A DNA stretch of 64,000 bases from Alphaproteobacteria bacterium (GCA_965243135.1 OZ251539.1:3840001-3904000), one strand, 5' to 3'; shown: positions 30,896 through 40,810, numbered from the stretch's first letter. Translations and numbers: made by a program. The notes: generated by a model not told the origin, from the sequence alone.

Positions 30896-31875
30896 CAGAA
30901 CAATGTTTCTTGAGTGGACGGCGCTATCGGCTGGACTACCCCGACGTCCGCGAGGTCGTTTTCGAAGGGATGTCCATTTTGCCATCCGGTTCGCCCTGCT
31001 GTACGAAATCGTTCAAGACGACGAATGGAGATTTCAGCGTAGACAGGATCAATATCGATCGTGAAGCATTTTCTGTTAAGGATTTCACACGCCAGCAAAG
31101 TCGTACCGGAATGGGCAAAAAAATCTACTACCAAATCATCTGGTTTGGAGCTCGCTTGAACAATTCTTTCAATGGATTTCATTGGTTTTTGAGCATAGCA
31201 GCCAGAAACATTTTCCTCCATTCTATAAAATATTTGCTGAATATCGACCCAGACATTTCCTGCACGAATTGTATCCGATTTGCTCCTTTCCATATTCTCC
31301 ATTTTTCTTCCGTTTATTTCTTTATAGTATCCGCGCAGGATTTTAGGAATGTCAGTGTATTCCGCATCGACATTGAAACTCGGATTTCCTTTGGTATAGT
31401 AGAGCAGCTCTTGGCGAACCGCCATCCAGTTTTTTGGGGTTCCGTATCCACGCTGGTTTCTCATGGTGATATGGCTTCGCGCACGAAACGGTTGGTCTCT
31501 CATCATGATTATGAAGTCCGGGAACGGTTGGAAATCGTTTTTTTGATCCGCGCCTATCCAGACATAAAGAGATGAATCTGGAGTCAAAATACCGTATGTA
31601 TTAGATATCCATGTTTTGCACCATAGAATAAAATCCGGGATAGAACGGAATTCGAATGCCGCAAGGTTATATGGTGGATCGTGAACAGCGAGTTGTGCAC
31701 GTTGTCCGTCCATTATTTCTTCGATTTCCTCGAAATTACCCGCATCCAGGCATCCGACGCGGTGACCGTGAAGGCTGTCGGTCCAGATTTGCCCGGGCTC
31801 GAGCCGGCAATATGGAAGCAGCTTGCGGCGCAATTCTAGAGAGGTGTCGAGCCTCGGCAGAGGATTGTTTTTCAC
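30895..31875 (-). CDS. Site-specific DNA methyltransferase (N4/N6, beta class)
   Basis: HDPPY precedes QKP and DFFAHSGTT (SAM-binding motif variant). Confidence 0.9.
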   Translation of the reverse strand: MKNNPLPRLDTSLELRRKLLPYCRLEPGQIWTDSLHGHRVGCLDAGNFEEIEEIMDGQRAQLAVHDPPYNLAAFEFRSIPDFILWCKTWISNTYGILTPDSSLYVWIGADQKNDFQPFPDFIIMMRDQPFRARSHITMRNQRGYGTPKNWMAVRQELLYYTKGNPSFNVDAEYTDIPKILRGYYKEINGRKMENMERSKSDTIRAGNVWVDIQQIFYRMEENVSGCYAQKPMKSIERIVQASSKPDDLVVDFFAHSGTTLLACEILNRKCFTIDIDPVYAEISIRRLERFRTAGRTGWQNGHPFENDLADVGVVQPIAPSTQETLF

Positions 31876-32115
31876 GGATAGCGCCCCGTATGCTCCGGCG
31901 GATAATCAGGCGCTCGAGAGAGACCGCCCAAGTTTTGAGCTGTTAGATCGGAGGAACGCATTGCGTGCGGGCAACCTTGGGGAAGCCTGCAAAATCTGTC
32001 TTTCGACGTTGCAACCATTTTACGGGCAGCGTCCTTTCCTGGCTCCAGAGAACGGGAACCTGTCCATGTCGCGAGCAAGGTGCCGTCCGCCCGGCGAGCG
32101 CGCTCCGCCCCGCGC

Positions 32116-32874
32116 TCAGTGCATGACCATGCCGCCGTCCACGACGATGGCCTGCCCCGTCACGAAATCCGAATCGGGCGAGACGAGGTAGATCAGCGCG
32201 CCGATCAGGTCGTCGGGCGCCTGTTCCCGGCGCATGGAGCGTCCCGTCAGACTCAGGTTAACGTAGAATTCCAGCTTTTCGCGTTGCGCCTCGATCCTGT
32301 CGCTCATGGTGAAACCCGGCGCGATCGTGTTGACCCGGATGCCGGCGGCGCCCAGCTCGCGCGCCAGAGCCCGCGTCATCGCGTCCACCGCGCCCTTGGA
32401 TGCGACGTAATGCAGCATCAGCGGCACCCCCGAATAAACGGTGCTGGACGAAATATTCACGATCTTGCCGTAACCTCTCTCCCGCATCGTCGGGGTCGCG
32501 GCCTTGATGCAGTTGAAGACGCCCCGCGTGTTGACGGCCATGAGCCGATCCCATTCGTCGCCGTCGATTTCCTCGAAGCCGCGCCGTTCGATCTCCGCGA
32601 ATATGGCGGCGTTCGTCACCAGGATGTCCGCGGATCCGAAGGCCGAGACGGTTTCCGCGACCATTTTCTCGCACGCCGCCATGTCGGTGACGTCGGCCGG
32701 CACGCCGATGGCCTCGCCGCCCGCAGCGCGTATGCGGTCGACCGCGCCGCCGGTATCCATGATATCGGACACGCAGACCGCTGCGCCTTCCCGCGCCAGA
32801 GCGGCGGCGTAAACGGCCCCGATGCCCTGCGCAGCGCCCGTGACGATCGCGGCCTTTCCATCCAGCCTGCCCAT
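32116..32874 (-). CDS. SDR family oxidoreductase
   Basis: TGAAQGIG, YVASKG, VDGG. Confidence 0.92.
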   Translation of the reverse strand: MGRLDGKAAIVTGAAQGIGAVYAAALAREGAAVCVSDIMDTGGAVDRIRAAGGEAIGVPADVTDMAACEKMVAETVSAFGSADILVTNAAIFAEIERRGFEEIDGDEWDRLMAVNTRGVFNCIKAATPTMRERGYGKIVNISSSTVYSGVPLMLHYVASKGAVDAMTRALARELGAAGIRVNTIAPGFTMSDRIEAQREKLEFYVNLSLTGRSMRREQAPDDLIGALIYLVSPDSDFVTGQAIVVDGGMVMH

Positions 32875-32957
32875 TCTCTTTCCTCCTGTTGCATCCTTAC
32901 GAAGGCGCGAGCATACATCAGCGGCGCCGGCCGTGCGCGTCGAAGCGGGAGAATGCT

Positions 32958-33836
32958 ATGTCCAACCCTCGCGTTGCCGTAAGGGAAACCTGCATTCTCG
33001 GCGAATCTCCGATCTGGTCGGTTGCGGAGCAGGCGCTTTACTGGGTGGACATCCGGAATCCGACGATCCACCGCTTCGAACCTGCGACCGGCTCCCGCAG
33101 GAAATGGCGCGTTCAGACAGAGATCGGCTCGATCGGGTTCGCGTCCGGAGGCCGGCTGATCGCCGGCACGAGGATGGGGTTCGCGCTTGTCGATCTCGAT
33201 GACGGCGCGTTCGAGGAACTTGCGGATCCCGAAGGCGACGGACGGCTCAACCGGGTGCGCATGAACGACGGCAAGGTGGATCGCCGGGGCCGCTTCTGGT
33301 GCGGTTCCATGCAGGATCCGGGCAACGCCCGGATCGGATCGCTCTACCGCTTCGATCCGGATCGCGCGGTGCGCCGCATGGCCGGGCCCGTGAGCATTTC
33401 GAACGCAATCTGCTGGAGTCCCGACGACGCCGTCATGTACTTCGCGGATTCGCTGCTGCGCACCGTCTGGGCCTACGACTACGACGCCGAGGCGGGGGAG
33501 ATCGCTAACCGGCGCGTCTTCGTCGAGGTTCCCGAAGCCGAGGGCGTTCCCGACGGCGCGACGACGGATGCCGACGGTTTCGTCTGGATCGCGCATATGC
33601 GGCGCGGCGCCGTCAGGCGCTACGATCCCGACGGGAAGATGGAACGGGAATTCGAGTTCCCGGTTTCGCTGACGACCTGTCCCGCCTTCGGCGGTCCGGA
33701 CCTTTCCACGTTGTACGTCACGACCGCATCGACGAGGTTCGGTCCCGCGGATTTTGGGCGCGAGCCTTATGCCGGGTCCGTGTTCTCGGTGGAAACCGAC
33801 GCGAAGGGGGTGCCCGAACCGATTTTCGGAGCGTGA
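32958..33836 (+). CDS. SMP-30/gluconolactonase family protein
   Basis: LGESPIW, RMNDGKVD, SNAICWSPD, PDGATTD, FGGPDLSTLYVTTA. Confidence 0.92.
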   Translation: MSNPRVAVRETCILGESPIWSVAEQALYWVDIRNPTIHRFEPATGSRRKWRVQTEIGSIGFASGGRLIAGTRMGFALVDLDDGAFEELADPEGDGRLNRVRMNDGKVDRRGRFWCGSMQDPGNARIGSLYRFDPDRAVRRMAGPVSISNAICWSPDDAVMYFADSLLRTVWAYDYDAEAGEIANRRVFVEVPEAEGVPDGATTDADGFVWIAHMRRGAVRRYDPDGKMEREFEFPVSLTTCPAFGGPDLSTLYVTTASTRFGPADFGREPYAGSVFSVETDAKGVPEPIFGA

Positions 33837-35038
33837 CGCGCTTGGCGCCATCCGCTACCCGATGGGGCGCGATCGGCCTGATCCTGTTCGCCGGAGCGGT
33901 GGGCGCCGCGCAGATCGGGAAGCTTCCGGGCGCGTTGCCCGCCATCCGCGCCGAGCTGGGCATCGGGCTGTTCGTTGCCGGTCTCGTCATTTCCGCCATC
34001 GTGGCCGTCGGCGCGGCGGGCGGCATGGCTGCCGGCGCGATCTCCGACAGGTTCGGACATCGCAGAATCGCGCTCGCCGGCACGGCGCTGATGGCGCTGG
34101 GCAGCCTCGCCGGCGCTCACGTCGACGATACGAGCGCGCTGATCGCGACCCGTGTCGTCGAGGGCGTGGGCTACATCGCGCTGATCGCGGCCGCCCCGGC
34201 CCTTATCGTTCGCGCCGCCCGGGATGCCGACCGCGGCGTCGCTTTCGGTATCTGGTCGTTCTACATGCCGTTCGGCATGGCGGCGATGGTCGCGCTTTCG
34301 CCGTTGCTCATGGCGGGCGGATGGCGCGGCCTGTGGACGATAAACGGTTGCCTGGCGGCCGCGGCCTTTCTCCTTCTCCTTCGGGCGCTGCAAGGACAGC
34401 GCTTCGAAAAGCGGCAGGCCGCCGCACCCTTCGGCCGGCAGGGGGTCGCGGCGACGCTGTCGCGGCCGGGGCCCCTCGTCCTTGCCTTGTCGTTCGGCGC
34501 CTATTCGCTGGTTTACCTGTCCGCGATGTCCTTTCTGCCGACCTTCCTGATCGAATCCAGAGGAATGGCGACCGGCACCGCCGCGGCGCTGGTGGGCCTC
34601 GCCATATTCATGAACGCGCCCGGCTGTCTTGCCGGCGGCTGGATGATCAAGAAGAACGTCGCGCCTTGGGCGGCGATCGGAGCGGGCTATGCCGGGATGG
34701 CGGTCTGCGCGTTCGGCCTGTATCTCGAAGACATTCCGTTCGGCCTGCGATACGCCTTGGCGCTGGCGCTTCCTTTTTTCGGCGGTTTCGTCCCGCCTAC
34801 GGTGCTCGCGCGCGCGGAAGCGCATGCGCCGTCGCCGGCGCTCTACGGGATGACGGTCGGGCTGATTGTCCAGGTAATCAGCATCGGCCAACTGATCGGG
34901 CCGCCAGCGCTTGCGGCGCTCGTCGCGCGGTCAGGGAACTGGCAGTCGGGGGCGTGGCTCACCGTAGGAGCCTGCGCGACGGGTTTTCTGACGGCGCTCG
35001 CGCTGCGCCGCCTGGACCGGCGAGTGGAAATGGCATAG
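33833..35038 (+). CDS. MFS transporter (CynX/NimT-like)
   Basis: About 12 TM segments; SDRFGHRR, TRVVEGVG, GQLIGPP. Confidence 0.85.
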   Translation: MTRLAPSATRWGAIGLILFAGAVGAAQIGKLPGALPAIRAELGIGLFVAGLVISAIVAVGAAGGMAAGAISDRFGHRRIALAGTALMALGSLAGAHVDDTSALIATRVVEGVGYIALIAAAPALIVRAARDADRGVAFGIWSFYMPFGMAAMVALSPLLMAGGWRGLWTINGCLAAAAFLLLLRALQGQRFEKRQAAAPFGRQGVAATLSRPGPLVLALSFGAYSLVYLSAMSFLPTFLIESRGMATGTAAALVGLAIFMNAPGCLAGGWMIKKNVAPWAAIGAGYAGMAVCAFGLYLEDIPFGLRYALALALPFFGGFVPPTVLARAEAHAPSPALYGMTVGLIVQVISIGQLIGPPALAALVARSGNWQSGAWLTVGACATGFLTALALRRLDRRVEMA

Positions 35039-35040
35039 AA

Positions 35041-35895
35041 ATGACCATGCTTGAACACCGTCCGCGCCGAAGCCTGCTTTTCGTTCCCGGCCTGCGTCCG
35101 GATCGCTTCGAAAAGGCGCTCGGCTCGGGCGCCGACATCGTTTGCGTCGATCTCGAAGACGCCGTCCCGCTTGCGCGCAAGGAGGAGGCGCGCAAGCTGA
35201 CGCTGCCTCTGTTCGCCGGGCCGCCGCATCCGCAAGTGGAAACCATGGCGCGGATCAACCCGCTGTCGACCCCCGAAGGGCTGAAGGACATCCTGGCGCT
35301 TCTCGACTGTCCAGCGCCGCCCGTCGCATTGATGCTCGCGAAGCCCGGGTCAGGCGCGGAGATTCGCCTGTACGACGATCTGCTGCGGGGCCGCTGCGCG
35401 GAGACGCGCTTTCACGTGATTATCGAATCCACCGACGGTCTCGCCAACGTGATGGAGATCGCCGCCGCGTCGCCGCGCATCGACTCGCTGCTTTTCGGCG
35501 CGGTCGACATGTCGGCGGACTTGAGAGCCGACAAGACATGGGAGACGCTTCTCTGGGCCCGGTCGCAGGTCGTTCACGCCGCCGCGCGGCACGACCTCGA
35601 CCTCCTGGACGTACCCTGGCTCTCGCTGGACGACCGGGACGGTTTGGCGAGGGAAGCGGAACTGGCGCGGGCGCTCGGCTTTACCGGCAAGGCGGCGATT
35701 CATCCGAAGCAGATCGCCGACATCAACCGGGTTTTCTCCCCCGCCCCGGAACTCGTGGAACGCGCGCGCCGGATCGTCGCCGAATTCGAAAAGGACAGAA
35801 CCGGTTTGCTGGTCGTCGACGGGGAACTCGTCGAACGTCCGGTACTCCGCTCTATGTCGCGCGTTCTCGCCGTCGCCGATTATCTCGACCGATAA
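35041..35895 (+). CDS. HpcH/HpaI aldolase / citrate lyase beta (CitE-like) CoA ester lyase
   Basis: RRSLLFVPG, DLEDAV, GFTGKAAIHPKQ. Confidence 0.9.
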   Translation: MTMLEHRPRRSLLFVPGLRPDRFEKALGSGADIVCVDLEDAVPLARKEEARKLTLPLFAGPPHPQVETMARINPLSTPEGLKDILALLDCPAPPVALMLAKPGSGAEIRLYDDLLRGRCAETRFHVIIESTDGLANVMEIAAASPRIDSLLFGAVDMSADLRADKTWETLLWARSQVVHAAARHDLDLLDVPWLSLDDRDGLAREAELARALGFTGKAAIHPKQIADINRVFSPAPELVERARRIVAEFEKDRTGLLVVDGELVERPVLRSMSRVLAVADYLDR

Positions 35896-35913
35896 AGGCG
35901 ATCTGCCCGTCGA

Positions 35914-36708
35914 TCAGCGCGTCCAGCGGGTGACTGGCCGCTCGGTCTCCTTGCCGTCGACAAGGACCGCGTCCACGTTCTCGGCATAGAAGCAAACGAG
36001 ATCCTTGATCCCGGGACATTCGGGAACCGGATCCTCGTAGGACCAGGCAATGTCCTTCCAAGTGCGGCCGCCCGCGGAGACGGACCAGTAGCGGGCGCGT
36101 CCCTTGTAGGGGCAGCGCGTGGTCGTATCCGTTGCGGCAAGCAATTCCATTCGCACGTCTTCCCTGGGAATGTAGTGGCGAGTGGGAAGTCCGGTCTCGA
36201 ACAGGAAACGGGCGCGGGCGGTCTCGGCGACGATCTCGCCGCCCAGAAGGATCTTGACCGGTCGCGACGAGACGAGAACGTCGACCCGCTTGTAGGGGTC
36301 GCGAGGGTGCACGAAGATTTCCTCGTCTTCCTCGTACCAGTGGTCGACGCGATCCCAGTAGAAAGCGCGGTAATTCTGCAAGCCCAGAGCCGCCATTTCG
36401 TCGTATGGCGACCGATAGGCCCAGACCGCGTCGTCCGCCCGCTTGCCTCCCGCCTCGATCGTCCAGTACGAGGCCTCGCCCTTGTACGGGCAGTGAGTGG
36501 CATGGTCGGTCGGTCGAAGAAGGTCGTCGCGAACGTCCGCAACCGGGAAGTAGTACACCGGAAGATGACGTGCCTCGAGCATCAGCATCATGTTCGTCGA
36601 GTCCGCGACCCATTCGCCCCCGAACCTTACGCGGACGCGCCGCGGCGAAGGCTCCAGCCGGATCTGGTGGTCGGGATTTTTCCGGTACCCCGGCGCCGGA
36701 TTGGTCAT
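35914..36708 (-). CDS. DUF427 tandem-domain protein
   Basis: Two CPYKG.A.YW repeats; HPRDPYKRVD. Confidence 0.88.
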   Translation of the reverse strand: MTNPAPGYRKNPDHQIRLEPSPRRVRVRFGGEWVADSTNMMLMLEARHLPVYYFPVADVRDDLLRPTDHATHCPYKGEASYWTIEAGGKRADDAVWAYRSPYDEMAALGLQNYRAFYWDRVDHWYEEDEEIFVHPRDPYKRVDVLVSSRPVKILLGGEIVAETARARFLFETGLPTRHYIPREDVRMELLAATDTTTRCPYKGRARYWSVSAGGRTWKDIAWSYEDPVPECPGIKDLVCFYAENVDAVLVDGKETERPVTRWTR

Positions 36709-36973
36709 CTGTCGCTCCCTCTCTCGATCATTCCTGAGCGCATCATCGCGCCGGGACGTGCCGCAGGCAATCCGGCGCGACGGCAGATGTCCGCACGGAA
36801 CCTGCCTGTGCACCGCGCCTCGGACCGTTATCCATGAGAACGACCGGCGAGCGGTTCCCGCTCACGTTGCCGCGTCGCCGGAAACGACGTTGGCGCCCAT
36901 GCTCGCGCTTCAGGGGGAAACCCGACCGGCGAGAGCCTCGGGCGCGCCCCGTTTTTCCTGGATGCACGCCGGC

Positions 36974-37237
36974 TCAGCTGCGCTTTCGCTCCGTATTACC
37001 GGGCCATTCGGTTCGGCCGGGATTCGAAGTGTCGGTCGTCGCGATTCGTCCAGCCGGCCTCGTCGCCGCGCGATAGGCATCAAGGCCTCGATCCTTTTCT
37101 CGCCAGCCGCCGTAGATCTGCATGACCTCGCGAAAGCCTGGACGGGCGAGCGCCGCCTCGAGCATTGCAACGCGTTCCTGTTCGCGACTGGAGACCCCGC
37201 GCCCGTCGGCCTCCTTCTTGGTTGGCTTGGTCATCAT
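36974..37237 (-). CDS. Small hypothetical protein
   Basis: 87 aa ORF with AGGA RBS and protein-like composition; no family recognised. Confidence 0.45.
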   Translation of the reverse strand: MMTKPTKKEADGRGVSSREQERVAMLEAALARPGFREVMQIYGGWREKDRGLDAYRAATRPAGRIATTDTSNPGRTEWPGNTERKRS

Positions 37238-38038
37238 TTCCTCTCTCCGCGGCCTCGCGAACCGCCGATACTCTCTTGCGGTCTCCGCGCATCGACGCGA
37301 CGCGAACCGCGACCCTCGCGTCGCATGAAAGCAGGCCGGAAATTCCTGCGCAACCGCCTCGACCCGACCCGAAGGACGTGACGTCCGTGGGTTGTCGGGA
37401 GATCATGCATGCTGTCGGAATCGTAGCTGCGTTCTGGTCTTCCTTCTTCGCCGCGGCGGAAGCGCGGCTCCTGCCGTAACTCCGCCGCGTCGCGAAACCT
37501 GTCTTCCGCCCGCGCTTGCGGGAGCGCCGTCGCCGCTGCGAGCGTCCGCCGTTCTCGCGAACGGCATCGAGCGGGAACGCGCAGCCGAAAAACGATTTCA
37601 AGTCCAGACGGCAAGCGGAAGAATCTGTCCGACCTGCCGGGCGCATCCCGACTCCCGGCGCCAAGTTTCCGCCGCAACGGATTCAGCGCTGACTTGAAGT
37701 CGAAGCGCTTCACGGTCCGTCGGCGCAACTGGCGAACCGGCGCTCAGGGCGAAGAGCGCTTTTCCGCCGCGCCCAACGGGCGGACGCCGCGCTCCGGCTT
37801 CGCCGCATCGCTGTCGGAATCAAGTCTTTGCGCAACCAGCCAGCGCCGGAGTTGCCTCGAAAGGCTCGTTCGCGTTCGGTTTCTTGCTCTCCGCTCCAGA
37901 CGCCTTGACGAAGTTGAAGTTCACCGGGATCTCGTACCGGGTCTCGGCGAGCAGCGGAACCACGGCTATTGCCTTTCCTTCGGAAATCGCCCCCTCTTGC
38001 GCCGCGCATTGGCCGGCGCCGCCCCTGCGCAGCGCCGC

Positions 38039-38908
38039 TCAGAGAATCCAGTGCTCTACGGACCGCGAAAGAAACTCTTCGACGGCGATGCCGTCAGCGC
38101 CGACAAGCAACGTTCGCGCTGGACGAAAGGCCTCCTCGAAGGCCGCCGTTCCTTGCAGCGACCGGCGCGTTCGCCCGCTCTTGACTTCGATCGCCGTTAC
38201 CTTGCGGCCGGCCCGCACCACGAAATCCACTTCCCTGTTGCGCTCACGCCAGTAGAACAACTCGCACGCGCCTCCGGCGGCGGCGTTCGCCAGATGCGCG
38301 CCCACTGCGGATTCGACCAGCCGCCCCCGGAATTCGCGATCCTTTCGGACTTCGTCCATCGCAAGACCCGAACCCGCTGTCATGAGGGCGGTATTGAGAA
38401 CCTGCAACTTCGGACTGGAACTTCGCCGCCGCGCCGCATCCGCGGCAAATTTCTGCAGGCCCGTGAGCAGGCCCGCGTCCGACAGCAGATCGAGGTAATG
38501 GGCGAGGGTCGTGGTATTGCCTGCATCCTGCAACTGGCCCAGCATCTTGTTATAGGACAAAATCTGACCGGAATAGGCGCAGCCGAGTTCGAACAACCGG
38601 CGCAACAGCGCTGGTTTATCGACACGAGCCATCAACAATACGTCGCGCGCGATCATAGGCTCGACGAGCGAATGACGGATATAGTTCGACCAACGAGCGG
38701 GCTGGCCTGCCAAAGAGACCGCTCCAGGATAGGCGCCGTAGAAGAGGTAGCGCTCCAGAGACCAGCCGAAGGCCGCCTGCATCTCGGAAAAACTCCAGTG
38801 CGGCAAGCGCAGAACCTCGAAACGGCCGGCAAGGCTTTCCGTGAGGCCCTGCGCCAGCAACAAGGGGGCCGATCCCAGCAGCACGACCTTGAGTTGCCGT
38901 TCGGCGCG
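38039..38908 (-). pseudogene. 5'-truncated AAA ATPase + DUF4143 protein
   Basis: LKVVLLGS..ESLAGRF, GRLVESAVG, EVDFV, IEVKSG; the Walker A/B region is missing and AAA/PD-(D/E)XK copy 3 lies in its place. Confidence 0.82.
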
Positions 38909-38915
38909 TCCGGCT

Positions 38916-40433
38916 TCAGGCTACCTCACAATCGAACCCGACGATGTTGCGCTCCGCCCGGCTGAACTCCACCCCGATCAGGTGCACCGAACGACCGAGG
39001 CGGCGGTACTTGTCCGCATAGCCCTTCTCCCGCAACTGCGCGAGCGCGATCCCCTCCCGCCCGCGCTCCACCACCTTGAACTCGAACAGGTAGACGCGCC
39101 CGCCGGCGCGGATCGCCATGTCGGCGCGCCCCAGGCTGCCGCTGTCCTCGGCCACCGGCTCGAAGCCCTCCATCAGGAAGCAGCTGTGGATGACGCTCGC
39201 GTAGTGGGCCTCGTACACCGGGCTGTTCATGTACCACTGGTGCGGGGCGAAGACGCCGCGGAACAGGGTCCCGAGGCGCTCGAAGTCGTTCGCCTCCAGC
39301 AATTCGCCCAGCCGCAGGCGCGCCGTCTTCCTGCGCGCCTCGACCGGGAGCAGTTCTCCCAGCAGGGCCTCGCCCAAGCTCTGGCGCACCTCGAGGTTCG
39401 GGTAGTCCAGCCGGTAGCGCCCGTCCTCCTCGCCCGCGATGGTGAGGTAGCCGGTCTGGAACAGAAGCGCCTCGACCGAGATATTGTCCACGTCGAAGGT
39501 CGAGAGCAGGCTCTCGCTGCCGATCATGCCGTCGAGGTCGGGAGTGGGCAGGTCGCGGCGCGTCAGCGTCTCGATCAGGAAGGTCGGCGTGCCGCTCTCG
39601 AACCAGTAGTTGCCGAACCTGCGCTCGGCGAGCAGCAGCAGGATGCCGAACGGATTGTAGAGCCTCTCCGGCCCGCGCCAGTTGTAGCCGTTGTACCAGC
39701 GCCGGACCTCGTCCCGGTCCAGGCCCTCGAGTTCCGGGGCGAAGACTGCGCCCAGTTCCGCGTCCGTACAGCCGCAGATGTCCGAGAATTCCGGCGCCAG
39801 CGTGATGTCGCGCAGGTTGTTCAGGCCCGAGAACAGGCCCGCCAACTTGCTCACCCCCGTCAGGAAAACGAAACGGAGATGCCTGTCGCAGTCCTTGATT
39901 ACCCCGTACAGGTCGCGCAGGAAGCCGCGGTTGGCCAGCGCCAGCTCCCGGTCGCCGAGCGCGTCCAGGATCGGCTTGTCGTACTCGTCCACCAGCACGA
40001 CCACGCGCCGCCCGGCGCGCTCGTGCAGTTCGGAGATCAGATGATGAAGGCGGTCGGAGGCGTCCGGGTAGCCGCATTGGACGCCGGCGCGCTTTTCGGC
40101 GGCGTCGAGCTGCATCATCGCGTTCCTGTGCAGCCGGTCGGGGACGACGAAATTGCGCCCGCCGAAGCTGAGCCGCACGACCGGATGGCGCGCCGACCAG
40201 TCCCACTTGCCGTGCACGGCGAGGCCCCGGAACAGCTCCTCGCTTCCCTCGAACAGCTCCTGCAGCGTGTCCACCAGCAGGGTCTTGCCGAACCGGCGCG
40301 GACGCGACAGGAAATAGTACTTGCCCCTCTCGATGAGGCGGCGCGCATGGTCCGTCTTGTCGACGTAGTAGCAATCCATCCCCCGGATCTCCCGGAGGGA
40401 GGAAAAGCCGATCGGAAGCATGCGTTTCGCCAT
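38916..40433 (-). CDS. AAA-ATPase-like / PD-(D/E)XK nuclease domain protein (copy 3)
   Basis: Same motifs as copy 1; open frame with several small in-frame deletions. Confidence 0.88.
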   Translation of the reverse strand: MAKRMLPIGFSSLREIRGMDCYYVDKTDHARRLIERGKYYFLSRPRRFGKTLLVDTLQELFEGSEELFRGLAVHGKWDWSARHPVVRLSFGGRNFVVPDRLHRNAMMQLDAAEKRAGVQCGYPDASDRLHHLISELHERAGRRVVVLVDEYDKPILDALGDRELALANRGFLRDLYGVIKDCDRHLRFVFLTGVSKLAGLFSGLNNLRDITLAPEFSDICGCTDAELGAVFAPELEGLDRDEVRRWYNGYNWRGPERLYNPFGILLLLAERRFGNYWFESGTPTFLIETLTRRDLPTPDLDGMIGSESLLSTFDVDNISVEALLFQTGYLTIAGEEDGRYRLDYPNLEVRQSLGEALLGELLPVEARRKTARLRLGELLEANDFERLGTLFRGVFAPHQWYMNSPVYEAHYASVIHSCFLMEGFEPVAEDSGSLGRADMAIRAGGRVYLFEFKVVERGREGIALAQLREKGYADKYRRLGRSVHLIGVEFSRAERNIVGFDCEVA

Positions 40434-40439
40434 ATAAAG

Positions 40440-40468
40440 AGAGTAGGCCGCCATGGCGGAATTGTCAA
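40440..40468 (-). promoter_or_regulatory. Putative sigma70 promoter, probably leaderless, of copy 3
   Basis: TTGACA-17 nt-TACTCT, 6 nt before the ATG; no SD sequence. Confidence 0.6.
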
Positions 40469-40668
40469 AAGCAGGCGCTTGCAAGGCGTTTGCGCCGTTC
40501 CGTTCTTTGTCGGCCGCCGTCCGCTCGACGCCCCGCTCCGGCCGCCCGTCCGCAGCTCCGCGAGGGTTGCGCAGACGGGCAACCGCGGAACGAAAAAGCG
40601 CGCCCATTCAAGTTTGAATGTACCTCGACCACATGCACCGAGCTTTCCAAAATGCTTGCGTCACCGGG

Positions 40669-40810
40669 GGCGTCCGTACATGAAGTGCAACATGCGTGGT
40701 GGCTGACCGACCGCTTGCGGCAAGATGTTGCGGAAAGTTCAGGCGATAGTGAGTTCAAAAACGGGGGCCAACGCCTACCATCACCTGACCCGCGACGAAC
40801 GTTGGCAGAA
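40669..40810 (+). mobile_element. IS30-family left-end remnant
   Basis: GGCGTCCGTACATGAAGTGCAACA resembles IS30-family IRs and is followed by YHHLTRDERWQ, like an IS30 transposase N-terminus. Confidence 0.55.

Noticed and set aside
560-40433. Diversity-generating retroelement behind the paralog variation
   Set aside because: No intact RT or TR/VR pair, and the differences are block swaps and indels rather than adenine-specific changes.
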